A DNA stretch of 64,000 nucleotides from Elusimicrobiota bacterium (GTDB lineage Bacteria > Elusimicrobiota > Elusimicrobia > Elusimicrobiales > UBA9959): positions 1 to 64,000 of the forward strand of contig JAINCQ010000021.1 of the NCBI GenBank assembly GCA_036574205.1, written 5' to 3'. Every line of letters starts with the position of its first letter. Position 1 is the first letter of the stretch. Of the stretch, positions 29,000 to 38,664 are shown one piece after another. A model generated the notes under the pieces. It searched no databases and was not told where the DNA came from. It saw nothing but the letters and a program-made list of their open reading frames with translations. Both the position numbers and the translations under genes were made by a program.

Positions 29000-30540
29000 T
29001 GAATGCTATAATAGATAAACTTGAAATGCTTGTAACCGTGTCAAGACTCCTGTCGTCTAAGCTTGATATAGGAGATCTTTTAACCACTATAATGCGTCTT
29101 GCAACGCGTGTTGTAAATTCAGAAAGAGCATCATTGTATTTGCTTGATGAAAAAAAACAGGAATTATACTTCCATGTTGCGCTTGATTTGGATGAAGAGT
29201 TAAAAAAAATGAGATTTAAACTTGGCGAGGGAATTGCCGGGACATGCGCCAAAGAGGGAAAATCTATAATTTCCAACAATCTTGAAAAAGATGAAAGACA
29301 TACAAAAAAAGTTGATGAGAAAAGCGGATATCAAACCAAATCTCTTTTAACATGTCCAATGATAATAAAGGGCAAAGTTATAGGAGTTGTTCAGGCTATA
29401 AATAAAATTGATGGGGATTTTGGAGAAGAGGATAAGGATAGTTTTGAAGCCTTTGCCTCACAAGCGGCTATAGCTATAGAAAATTCAAGGCTTTTTAATA
29501 GTGTTAAGGATGAAAAGAATAAACTTGAAAATATTTTTAAGATAATAAAGGAGGGGGTCGTTGTAACTGATGAAGATGGAACAATAAAGATGATAAATAA
29601 CGCAGGAATAAATTACCTCGGGTATATAAGCTCAAAACATTCAAATATAAAAGATATTTTTATGGAATTTGACTGCGACATGGATATAGGTTCGGTAATT
29701 GCTAAAAGAAAATCTATGAAATTCCTTATCCAGAAAAAGGAGTCGCAAAAATTAATTCTTGAATGCTCTTTTGTATCAGATAAATTTGAATCTGGTGAAT
29801 CTTCTAATGAGTTTGTATGGATATTTGAGGACGTTACCCAGAAAGTAATGGAATCTAAGATTTCCAGAGAATTTATGTCTCTTGTCTCCCATAAATTCAA
29901 AACACCGATAACATCTCTTATAGGTTATTCTCAGGTTCTTGAAGCGACTGGAAAACTGGATAAAATGGCAAAAAAAGCTGTTGATTCCATAATCTCCCAG
30001 AGTTTTAAGTTAAGCTCTCTTGTAGATGAAATGATAGATTTTTCCACCATAGAAAACAAAACAAGTTCCGATATAAAGATTGTTGAAATTGGTATAGATG
30101 ATTTTATAAATAGCGTAATATCGCAGATGAAAAACAAATATAAAGAGGTTGAGTTTGAAAGAGCTGTTATAGATAGTTTTAATATTAATGTTGATATAGA
30201 TCTTTTTTATAAAGCTGTGGCTGAGATAATTACAAATGGAATAAAATTTAATTCAAAAGAAAAAAAGAAGATAGTATTGACATCCAAAATCGCAAAAGGT
30301 GAAAGAACTTTGTCTATCTGGGATAACGGCAATGGAATTCCATCACATGAATTAAATAATATATTTGAAAGATTTTATCAGATAGAATCCGGTTTTACAG
30401 GACAAACTGAGGGATGGGGACTTGGCCTTTATATGGTTAAAAAAATACTTTCACTTCATAATTTTTCTTTCAAGATTAAATCCCAATTAGGAAAAGATAC
30501 AATTTTTACCATAATAATGGAAAATAAGCCCGTGGAATAA
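28999..30540 (+). CDS. Cytoplasmic GAF-PAS-HisKA-HATPase sensor histidine kinase
   Basis: GAF (LGEGIAG, QTKSLLTCPM, AINK), PAS (EGVVVTDEDG), H-box SHKFKTP, NGIKF, DNGNGI, GLGL. Confidence 0.92.
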   Translation: MNAIIDKLEMLVTVSRLLSSKLDIGDLLTTIMRLATRVVNSERASLYLLDEKKQELYFHVALDLDEELKKMRFKLGEGIAGTCAKEGKSIISNNLEKDERHTKKVDEKSGYQTKSLLTCPMIIKGKVIGVVQAINKIDGDFGEEDKDSFEAFASQAAIAIENSRLFNSVKDEKNKLENIFKIIKEGVVVTDEDGTIKMINNAGINYLGYISSKHSNIKDIFMEFDCDMDIGSVIAKRKSMKFLIQKKESQKLILECSFVSDKFESGESSNEFVWIFEDVTQKVMESKISREFMSLVSHKFKTPITSLIGYSQVLEATGKLDKMAKKAVDSIISQSFKLSSLVDEMIDFSTIENKTSSDIKIVEIGIDDFINSVISQMKNKYKEVEFERAVIDSFNINVDIDLFYKAVAEIITNGIKFNSKEKKKIVLTSKIAKGERTLSIWDNGNGIPSHELNNIFERFYQIESGFTGQTEGWGLGLYMVKKILSLHNFSFKIKSQLGKDTIFTIIMENKPVE

Positions 30541-30542
30541 CT

Positions 30543-31028
30543 TTATTTACTATCAATTAAATTATTAATTATTTTATCGTATGTAATATGTCTTAATGCT
30601 TCATATACAACTATTCCACAGGATGTTGCAAGATTTAATGAGCGGACAAGATTTGATTTCATAGGGATTTTATACATCTGCCGCATATATTCTTTGTAGA
30701 AACTTTTTGGAAATCCAGAGGTTTCGCTGCCGAAGATGAGGTATGATTGTTCAGTATATGGAGCGTCCCAGAAAAGTTTTTTACCATGGGTTGAGAAAAA
30801 TAAAAGTTTTTTTAAATCTGAAACCTCTGAAAGAAAGTCTTCAAAAGAATTATAAACCTTAAGTTTTACATATTTCCAGTAATCAAGTCCTGCTCTTTTA
30901 AGGGCTTTATCGGAAAGGTCAAAACCTATTTTGCCAATGAGGATAAGTTCTATTTCATTTGCAACGCATGTTCTTGCAATATTTCCAGTATTTGGAGGTA
31001 TCTGGGGATTTATAAGAACAACCTTCAT
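30543..31028 (-). CDS. trmL: tRNA (cytidine/uridine-34-2'-O)-methyltransferase
   Basis: PQIPPNTGNIARTC, LKRAGLDYW, FGSETSG, RSLNLA. Confidence 0.93.
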   Translation of the reverse strand: MKVVLINPQIPPNTGNIARTCVANEIELILIGKIGFDLSDKALKRAGLDYWKYVKLKVYNSFEDFLSEVSDLKKLLFFSTHGKKLFWDAPYTEQSYLIFGSETSGFPKSFYKEYMRQMYKIPMKSNLVRSLNLATSCGIVVYEALRHITYDKIINNLIDSK

Positions 31029-32923
31029 AATTTAAAATCATCCATAAATTTCCTATGCCAGAGTTCAAGAATTAAAACTGTCCATAGTTTATAGCCATGG
31101 TCTCTCTTGCCAGTTTGATGTTCATACCAGAGTTTTTTGAGGCTTTGAGGCTTAAAATAACCTCTTCTTAAAGCATTTTCTGAAAGGCATGTATCTTCAA
31201 ATCTCTGTTTTAATCCTTTTCTAAACCATAACCCCAACGGTATCCCAAACCCCATTTTTCCTCTTTTTAAAATCTTTTCAGGTAACATATCCTTAAAGGC
31301 TTCTTTAAGAATATATTTTGTATTTGAGTATCCTTTTATTTTATATTCTGAATCAAGTGATAGAGAAAATTCTATTAGTTTGTGATCAAGGAAGGGGGAT
31401 CTTGCTTCAAGCGAGTTTGCCATTGAGGCAATATCCATTTTGGTCATAAGACATTGTGGTAGATATGTATTAAAATCAACATATGAAATTCTTTTTATAA
31501 TATCATTGCCTGAAATATTATTAAAATAGGTCATTATATATTTTTCAGCAAAATCTAAGTTTTCATAGACTAAAGCCTTAAATTGTTCTGACAAAAATTC
31601 GTTTTTTTCATCAATTGAAAAGAAAGATACGGTTGAAAGGTATGATCTTTCAATATTCTTTGCGATCATCATCTTTAAAAATTTTCTTATTTTCCATATA
31701 TTTGAAAAAGGAGCTACCCCTTCATTTGTTAAAGATATTATTGATAAAAGTGATCTAAAGAAGCTTTTTGGCATAAGGCGTAATGAATATGCAATCTTTT
31801 CTGCTAAATATCTCCAGTATCCTCCAAAATTTTCATCTCCTCCATCGCCATTTAAAGCAACTTTTACATATTTTGATGTTATCTTTGAAACATAATAACT
31901 TGGTAAAGCGCTTGGATCAGCATAAGGTTCTCCATAATGGAGCAATAAAGCTGGAAGGATATCAGTCATATCATCTTTAACAATAAATTCATGATGATCA
32001 GTATTATACATTCTTGCCACTTCCCTGGCATATTCTAATTCGCTGAATTTATCTTCACTGAATCCTATTGAAAAGGTTTTAATTTGAGTATTTGATAGTT
32101 TACACATTGATGCGACAATTACAGATGAGTCAATACCGCCGGATAGAAATGCTCCTACAGGAACATCCGCTATCATTCTAAGGCGTACAGATTCCATTAT
32201 TAAGTCTTTTAGTTTTTCTCTGGCTTCATTAAAATTTATATTTATTGAGTTTGATGGCACATCCCAGTATTTTTCTATTTTTATCTCATTGTCTTTAAGT
32301 TCAAGAATAGAGGATGGATCAAGTTTTTTTATTTCATTATATACTGTCATTGGGGATGGGATATATTGTAAAACAAGATATGTGTCTATTGCTTTAAGAT
32401 TTAATGTTAGTTTGATGTCTTTTAGAGAAAGTATTGGATTTATTTCAGATGAAAATATAAAGCGTTTATTATCAAAGTAATAAAATAACGGCTTTTTACC
32501 TATTCTATCCCGGGCAAGTATGATTTTTTTTTCTTTTAAATCCAGTATACATAAGGCAAACATTCCTCTTAATTTTTTAACAAAGTCTTTTCCATACTCC
32601 TCATATAAATGGATTACAGTTTCAGTGTCGCTTTTAGTTGAAAATTTATGGCCTTTTTTTATCAGTTCATTTCTTAAATCAAGATAGTTATATATCTCAC
32701 CGTTTAAGACTATATAAGCGGTTTTTTCTTCGTTGGATATTGGTTGTCTACCTGTGTCAAGATCTATTATGGAAAGCCGCCTTGAAGCGATAGAAAAATT
32801 ATCTTTAACAAAAAAACCTTCATCATCCGGTCCCCTATGGATGAGTAAGTCATTCATTTTTTTTAGTTCAGAAAACTCTATTTTTTCGCTATTTATATTT
32901 ATTATTCCACAGATCCCACACAT
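31025..32923 (-). CDS. asnB: Asparagine synthase (glutamine-hydrolysing) family amidotransferase
   Basis: MCGICG, HRGPD, RLSIID, NGEIYN, FLSGGIDSS, GDGGDE, SLEARSPFLD. Confidence 0.93.
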   Translation of the reverse strand: MCGICGIININSEKIEFSELKKMNDLLIHRGPDDEGFFVKDNFSIASRRLSIIDLDTGRQPISNEEKTAYIVLNGEIYNYLDLRNELIKKGHKFSTKSDTETVIHLYEEYGKDFVKKLRGMFALCILDLKEKKIILARDRIGKKPLFYYFDNKRFIFSSEINPILSLKDIKLTLNLKAIDTYLVLQYIPSPMTVYNEIKKLDPSSILELKDNEIKIEKYWDVPSNSININFNEAREKLKDLIMESVRLRMIADVPVGAFLSGGIDSSVIVASMCKLSNTQIKTFSIGFSEDKFSELEYAREVARMYNTDHHEFIVKDDMTDILPALLLHYGEPYADPSALPSYYVSKITSKYVKVALNGDGGDENFGGYWRYLAEKIAYSLRLMPKSFFRSLLSIISLTNEGVAPFSNIWKIRKFLKMMIAKNIERSYLSTVSFFSIDEKNEFLSEQFKALVYENLDFAEKYIMTYFNNISGNDIIKRISYVDFNTYLPQCLMTKMDIASMANSLEARSPFLDHKLIEFSLSLDSEYKIKGYSNTKYILKEAFKDMLPEKILKRGKMGFGIPLGLWFRKGLKQRFEDTCLSENALRRGYFKPQSLKKLWYEHQTGKRDHGYKLWTVLILELWHRKFMDDFKL

Positions 32924-32924
32924 A

Positions 32925-33905
32925 TCAGTCTTCCATTTTTGATATTTTCAGAATTTTTTTAAAATTAAACCCTAAGGAGTATATATAAATTATAGCCGTT
33001 AGAGTTATAAGAATATATCCTAATATATGCACCATTGCGGGGAAAAGTATTGAAAGCTCTTTTTCAATTCCCCAGCTCATACAAACGCGTGAAATCGCAT
33101 ATTCATAATTTCCAAAATATCCTGGCATTGATGGTATGCTTGATGAAAGTGAGCCTGCAAAAACTGTTATTGCCGCTTTAAAATAATCTATTATTTTTAT
33201 TTCAAGTGATTTAGCTATAAAATAATTATTCAATACATCAAAACTCCACTGAATTATCCCTACAAAAAATATAGCAAAAGCAAGCTTTGGATCTTTAAAA
33301 CACTTTCCCCCATTTTTAAATTTTATTATTAAAGAATATATTTTGGGATGTTTTATCTCTATTTTTTTGAAGTATTGTGTTTCAATTATTTTTTCAGAAA
33401 ATACAAAACCAATAATTATTATTAATATGGCAAGGTTTAGTATTATAAATATTGATGTTGTGTTTATCAGAATATTTATTCCGCCAATTTTTGAGTATAA
33501 AAGTAGCAAAGAAAATAATATGATTGAATCAAGTATTCTTTCTATAAATATTGTTGATATAACAGTGGTTTTAGAGACAGAATAAAATTTTGCCACCAAA
33601 AACATTTTTGTTAGCTCGCCCATTCTAAAAGGTAATATATTATTTATTCCAAGGCTTATAATCTCAAATTTAAAAATGTTGTAAAAATCGACTTTGATAT
33701 TTGAATTTAATATCAGATACCATTTAAGGGTTCTAAAAATCATTTCAAAAAAAGTTGAAACAAAGAAAAGCAATATAAATGGAATCCTTGCTTTTTTTAG
33801 CATTTCAAGAAGGTTTAAAAAATTTATATTTTTGAAAGACAAATAGAGCAAAAGAATACTTATAATGATCCCGAAAAAAGCTATAAAAATCTCTTTTTTT
33901 TTCAT
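32925..33905 (-). CDS. Lysylphosphatidylglycerol synthase TM / flippase-like membrane protein (UPF0104)
   Basis: Multi-TM; NNILPFRMGE, ERILD, PSMPGYFGNYE. Confidence 0.85.
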   Translation of the reverse strand: MKKKEIFIAFFGIIISILLLYLSFKNINFLNLLEMLKKARIPFILLFFVSTFFEMIFRTLKWYLILNSNIKVDFYNIFKFEIISLGINNILPFRMGELTKMFLVAKFYSVSKTTVISTIFIERILDSIILFSLLLLYSKIGGINILINTTSIFIILNLAILIIIIGFVFSEKIIETQYFKKIEIKHPKIYSLIIKFKNGGKCFKDPKLAFAIFFVGIIQWSFDVLNNYFIAKSLEIKIIDYFKAAITVFAGSLSSSIPSMPGYFGNYEYAISRVCMSWGIEKELSILFPAMVHILGYILITLTAIIYIYSLGFNFKKILKISKMED

Positions 33906-35638
33906 AATGAAATATTGGTTCTTCCAAATTTTGTAATGAGTTCATCCTTTGTAATTTCAAGCATTGTTGGCCTTCCGTGTGGGCAGTGAAGCGAATCTTT
34001 GGTCTTTCTCAATTCTTCTATCAAATGCAGTGCTGTTTTTTCATTGAGTCTTTCTTTAAATTTGATAGATTTCTTACAGGCTATTGTTGCAAGGGTATCT
34101 CGTTTAAGCTCGGATGATATGCTTAGAGGTTTTAAAATGACTTCGGAAAGATATATAAAAATATCAGAGATTGCCTGTGGTTGGAGACTGAATGCATCTG
34201 GCGTTGAGTATACCATAATTGAAGAAGGGCCATTTTGATTTATTTCAAAACCAGCTAATTTAAGCCATTCTTTCATTTCAATAATCTTTGTTATATTAGA
34301 TTTGGGGATTTTTACTTCAACAGGAACGATTAGTTTTGAGGAAGTAATTTTCTGGTTTTCAAATTCATTTAAATATCTTTCAAATGTTATTCTTTCAGCA
34401 GCTGCATGCTGATCTACAAGAAGAATAGATGTTTTTGTTTGATATATTAAAACACTGGAAAAAGCCTGACCCAGATAAACTACCGGGGGGTTGTACCATC
34501 TTGGTTTGTTTTCAGCGTTATACATTTGTGTTATAAATTCATTTTGTGTAAAAGAATTTTCTTCAAATTCTTTTTCTGAAATAAATTCTATTTTTTCCTT
34601 GCTTTGCTCAATAATTCTTCTTTCATATAGATTAACTGGTGAGGACTTATTTTCTATGGCATTTAAAACAGTTTTATAAACCACCTGATATATAAAATTT
34701 TCATCGCCAAATTTAACCTCCTTTTTTTGTGGATGCACATTGACATCTATAGTTGAGGGATCTATTTGAAGGGATATTAAAAAAATTGGATGTTTTGAAC
34801 CTCTTATATTTTCATAAGCTTTATAAACTGCCGTTTGAATTGTTTTTGACTCAACTATCCTTGAGTTGATGTAGCAGTATTGCAGGGCTCTGGATGAAAT
34901 TAGTGAATTTGCTCGGGATACAAAACCCTGTATATGAATATTTCCAAAGGTTTCATCTATCTCAATAACATTTTTTATTATTTGCTCGCCAAAAACATCT
35001 TTTGTTCTTTTAAGTATTTTACCATCGCTTTCTGGTAAGAAATCAAATATTTCTTTTCCATCTATAATAAGTTTTAATCTTATATTAGGTCTTATAATAG
35101 CAAATTCTTCAATAAGTTTTATTAATGAACTTCTAAGATACGAATCAGATCTCAAAAATTTAAACCTTGCAGGGGTGTTATAAAAGAGATCTCTTACTTC
35201 TATTGTTGTTCCTTTAACTGGAGGAGATGGAAATTTTTTAATTGAATTTATATCTCCTCCTTCAGCCTCTATTGTAGTTCCATTTTCAGCTTTACCATTG
35301 TAGCTGGAAATTTTTATCTTTGAAACAGAAAATATAGAAAACAACGCTTCTCCACGGAATCCATATGTTGTAAGCGAGTATATATCATCAATAGATTTTA
35401 TTTTGCTTGTTGAATGCCTCAAAAGAGCAAGACTTAGATCTTCTTCATTCATCCCTTCCCCATTGTCTTTTACCCTTATAAGCTTTTTCCCGTTTTTTTC
35501 TATTTCAATGGTAATTGAATTAGCTTTTGCATCTATTGAATTTTCAATAAGCTCTTTTAAAACCGATACGGGTGTTTCTATAACTTCGCCAGCAGCTATT
35601 TTTGAAACTGTATCTGGTGGAAGAATTTTAATTGGCAT
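33902..35638 (-). CDS. mutL: DNA mismatch repair protein MutL
   Basis: IAAGEV, KELIENSIDA, GFRGEAL, DVNVHPQK, DQHAAAERITFE, CPHGRP. Confidence 0.97.
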   Translation of the reverse strand: MPIKILPPDTVSKIAAGEVIETPVSVLKELIENSIDAKANSITIEIEKNGKKLIRVKDNGEGMNEEDLSLALLRHSTSKIKSIDDIYSLTTYGFRGEALFSIFSVSKIKISSYNGKAENGTTIEAEGGDINSIKKFPSPPVKGTTIEVRDLFYNTPARFKFLRSDSYLRSSLIKLIEEFAIIRPNIRLKLIIDGKEIFDFLPESDGKILKRTKDVFGEQIIKNVIEIDETFGNIHIQGFVSRANSLISSRALQYCYINSRIVESKTIQTAVYKAYENIRGSKHPIFLISLQIDPSTIDVNVHPQKKEVKFGDENFIYQVVYKTVLNAIENKSSPVNLYERRIIEQSKEKIEFISEKEFEENSFTQNEFITQMYNAENKPRWYNPPVVYLGQAFSSVLIYQTKTSILLVDQHAAAERITFERYLNEFENQKITSSKLIVPVEVKIPKSNITKIIEMKEWLKLAGFEINQNGPSSIMVYSTPDAFSLQPQAISDIFIYLSEVILKPLSISSELKRDTLATIACKKSIKFKERLNEKTALHLIEELRKTKDSLHCPHGRPTMLEITKDELITKFGRTNISL

Positions 35639-35685
35639 AAGAAAATTTTACAATATTTTATATAATATATAGAAAGGAGGGTGTT

Positions 35686-36252
35686 ATGAGGAAAACAATA
35701 TTAGCGGTATTTGGTGCTTTTTTTGCTGTCTCTGCTTTAATAAATGCTCAGCCAGCACCTCAAAATACAAATAATAGTGGAGAAATGAAACAGTCTGCTG
35801 TGGAAACTAAAAAAGAAGGTGGAGAGGTAAAGAACCCTGCTGTTGAACCCAAAAAAGGGAATGAAGAGATAAAAAATCCTACAGTTGAAATCAAAAAAGA
35901 AAGTGGAGAGATAAAGAAGTCTGCTGTTGAATCCATAAAAGAAGTTAAAGAGAAAAAAGGCACTATAAAGGCTAAACTTAAGACTTTAACAGGAATAATT
36001 AAATCTATAGATACAGAGAAAAAAATAATAATTGTGGATTCTATCAAGAAAAAGGGTGAGTCAATGACTTTTTCTTATGAAGGACTCAAAGTAAAGGATG
36101 GTAAAAATTATATTGATGCTTCACAACTTAAATCTGGAGATAGGATTAAAATGGAATATGAGGGCGAGATAACATCACCTACAATTAAGAATATTATGCT
36201 TATAAAAGAAAAAGTAGTAGAAAAAAAGAATACTGAAAAAAAGCAGGAATAA
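35686..36252 (+). CDS. Exported Lys/Glu-rich protein with four 14-aa repeats and OB-fold-like C-terminus
   Basis: SD AAGGAGG; signal peptide; LTGIIKSID...LKSGDRIKMEY. Confidence 0.7.
   Translation: MRKTILAVFGAFFAVSALINAQPAPQNTNNSGEMKQSAVETKKEGGEVKNPAVEPKKGNEEIKNPTVEIKKESGEIKKSAVESIKEVKEKKGTIKAKLKTLTGIIKSIDTEKKIIIVDSIKKKGESMTFSYEGLKVKDGKNYIDASQLKSGDRIKMEYEGEITSPTIKNIMLIKEKVVEKKNTEKKQE
35779..35946 (+). repeat. Four degenerate 42-bp in-frame tandem repeats
   Basis: GEMKQSAVETKKEG / GEVKNPAVEPKKGN / EEIKNPTVEIKKES / GEIKKSAVESIKEV. Confidence 0.85.
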
Positions 36253-36268
36253 GTCTTTAATTTTAGTG

Positions 36269-36772
36269 TTATAAATGTGTGTTTTCTTTTGAGTGAAAGG
36301 CAGATTTTATTATAAGATATAGACTCAAGAAAATTATCAAACTTCCAGAAATAAAAACTGCTTTTGAAATTTGAGGAGTATATTGTATTATTTTAAATTT
36401 TTCAAGAAGATACGCCCAGTCATGTTCTCCACCCCCTACTAAGGGAAGCTCTTGTTTTATTGCGTCGCCTATATATATACTTATATTTAAAAGATTTTCA
36501 CCTATCCAGAATATACAGAAATAAGATGAAAATACCTGTCCAGTTTTATAAAAATGAAAAGTAATTAATGATGGCCAGAATAGTTGAGAAATAGTCCCAC
36601 CCATAAAACCTATGGTTTCTCCAAATGGACCTAAAAAAACATGTCCTGCTTCATGAAAACATAAATTGATATAATCAAGAAAAGAGAAATAATTATCGTA
36701 TCTTAAAAAATTTGAATAATAATAAATCATAAAGGCAATAAGAATAAACCTGAAATAATTTATTTTTTTCAT
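36269..36772 (-). CDS. Small membrane protein with HExxH motif (putative M50-like zinc peptidase)
   Basis: FHEAGH, GGT, YIGDA, HDW; multiple TM segments. Confidence 0.65.
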   Translation of the reverse strand: MKKINYFRFILIAFMIYYYSNFLRYDNYFSFLDYINLCFHEAGHVFLGPFGETIGFMGGTISQLFWPSLITFHFYKTGQVFSSYFCIFWIGENLLNISIYIGDAIKQELPLVGGGEHDWAYLLEKFKIIQYTPQISKAVFISGSLIIFLSLYLIIKSAFHSKENTHL

Positions 36773-38298
36773 CTTCTAAAAATCATAGCTAAAATAAACG
36801 CGGAAAATATCATTACGCTTATATAAAAAAATATGTTTTTTTCAATATCATTTTGGCGTTTTAATTTTATAGGTTTTATTTCTGTTGCTATATATCCGTA
36901 GTCGTTTAATTTAAGCATTGAAGAAATTTTACCGTTGGGTTCTATAATTGCTGATATTCCGTTATTTGCTGATCTTATAAAGGTTCTTCCATTTTCAACT
37001 GATCTCATTATAGCGGCTGAAAAATGTTGATAGGGCGCAGAGGTGTTGAGATACCAGCCATCGTTTGTTATATTGACCAAAAAATCAATATCCTCATCTT
37101 CATAAAAAAGCCATTTAAAAATTGTTTCATAGCATATACTTACACCAAGTTTAAAGTTTTTAAAATTAAATGGTTTTTGTTGAGAAGGGCCTTCTTCAAA
37201 TTCGCCAAGGCTTGTGATAACATTTATATATTTTCCCAAAAATTTTCTAAATGGAACATACTCTCCAAATGGAACCAGCACCCTTTTGTTATATTTATAG
37301 ACTATTTCACAATCAGGATTGATAAGGTATGCTGAAACATATTTTCTGTCAGATTTTGAAATAGAGCCTACTATATGATAAGTTCTGGATTTTTTTATAT
37401 TAGAACAAAGCCATTCAAAAACATCAGGGTCATCTATCCAGCCAAAAAGAGCATTTTCAGGCCAGATTATAAGATCGGCTTTTTCTCTATTTATGTTATC
37501 AATCAAGGCTTCAATCCTCATTTTTATATAATCGTAGTAAGATTCATCCCATTTTGCATAAAAATCTATAGAAGGCTGAATTATTGCCACCTTAATAGAT
37601 TTCTCAGATTTATTTGAAAGGTTGCTTATATCATTATATTTAATCCAGCCAAACCCAACTGAAGCTGCAATCAACGCAAAAGCGGCAATAAATTTTTTTA
37701 TTTTTTCCCTTCGTCCTTTTGATAAAATTATTGATGAGATAATACAATTAACAAGAACGATCAAAAAGGTTATGGTGTAAGATTGTCCAAAATGAGCAAG
37801 GTTCAAGATAAAAGGATTGTTCCATTGAGAATAAGAAATATCAAACCAGGGGAAATAGACTATATGTTTAGTTATATTGTGTTTTATAAAATCTACTATA
37901 ACCCATATAGAAGGCAGGATGAATACCATCATTGTTGTTCCGTAAATATTTGCGATATATCCACCGATTGTTATTATTATAAATTCCACTGACAATATAA
38001 AAGATAATAATATCAAGGCCAAAATTGATATAAAAAAATTAACCCCTGCCGCCTGAAGTGTATTATATATCCAGTAAAGAAGAAGCAGGTATGTTGAAAA
38101 ACCGAGTAAAAAACCGTATTTTAAAGCTTCGCTTAATTTTTTTAGATTAAATAAAATTATAATAAAAGGCACAAGAGCAACAAAGGCGATAGGCGATAAG
38201 GAGATTTTGGGATATGATAAAAATAAAAGAAATGAACTTAAAACAACCATAAACGTTTTGGATTTTAATAATAGATTAACCCAGAATTTTATTTTCAT
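36769..38298 (-). CDS. lnt: Apolipoprotein N-acyltransferase
   Basis: N-terminal TMs; IIWPEN, YNKRVLVPFGEYVP, ICYE, NITNDGWY, RSANNGIS. Confidence 0.96.
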   Translation of the reverse strand: MKIKFWVNLLLKSKTFMVVLSSFLLFLSYPKISLSPIAFVALVPFIIILFNLKKLSEALKYGFLLGFSTYLLLLYWIYNTLQAAGVNFFISILALILLSFILSVEFIIITIGGYIANIYGTTMMVFILPSIWVIVDFIKHNITKHIVYFPWFDISYSQWNNPFILNLAHFGQSYTITFLIVLVNCIISSIILSKGRREKIKKFIAAFALIAASVGFGWIKYNDISNLSNKSEKSIKVAIIQPSIDFYAKWDESYYDYIKMRIEALIDNINREKADLIIWPENALFGWIDDPDVFEWLCSNIKKSRTYHIVGSISKSDRKYVSAYLINPDCEIVYKYNKRVLVPFGEYVPFRKFLGKYINVITSLGEFEEGPSQQKPFNFKNFKLGVSICYETIFKWLFYEDEDIDFLVNITNDGWYLNTSAPYQHFSAAIMRSVENGRTFIRSANNGISAIIEPNGKISSMLKLNDYGYIATEIKPIKLKRQNDIEKNIFFYISVMIFSAFILAMIFRR

Positions 38299-38543
38299 TA
38301 ATTAAATTATATAATTAAATAAATTGTTTTAAAAGTAAATAGGACCTGTGTTATATATTTAAAAATTGCTGTTTTAAAATTATGGTTTGCAAAATTGAAT
38401 CTTACTTAGTTTATTTTTGGTAAAAGTGAATTTGAAACTCATTTGATAAGAGAATTTAAAATAAATCAATAGTAATTTTAAATAAAGCAATAACTTTTAA
38501 TACACATTTTTAATACACAAGTTTTTGATTTTACATCAAGAAT

Positions 38544-38589
38544 CAACATCCACAGTTTAACCACGGCCGTGTAAAATTAGTGGATGTTG
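38544..38589. repeat. 46-bp palindromic dispersed repeat
   Basis: CAACATCCAC-N8-CACGGCCGTG-N8-GTGGATGTTG; related copies at 55829-55848 and 56064-56104. Confidence 0.85.
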
Positions 38590-38664
38590 GTTTTTTTATA
38601 GGTTTTTATAGATGTGTGTTTTTTGTCTTTTTAGCCCTGATTTTAATTGTTATAATATAAGTAT

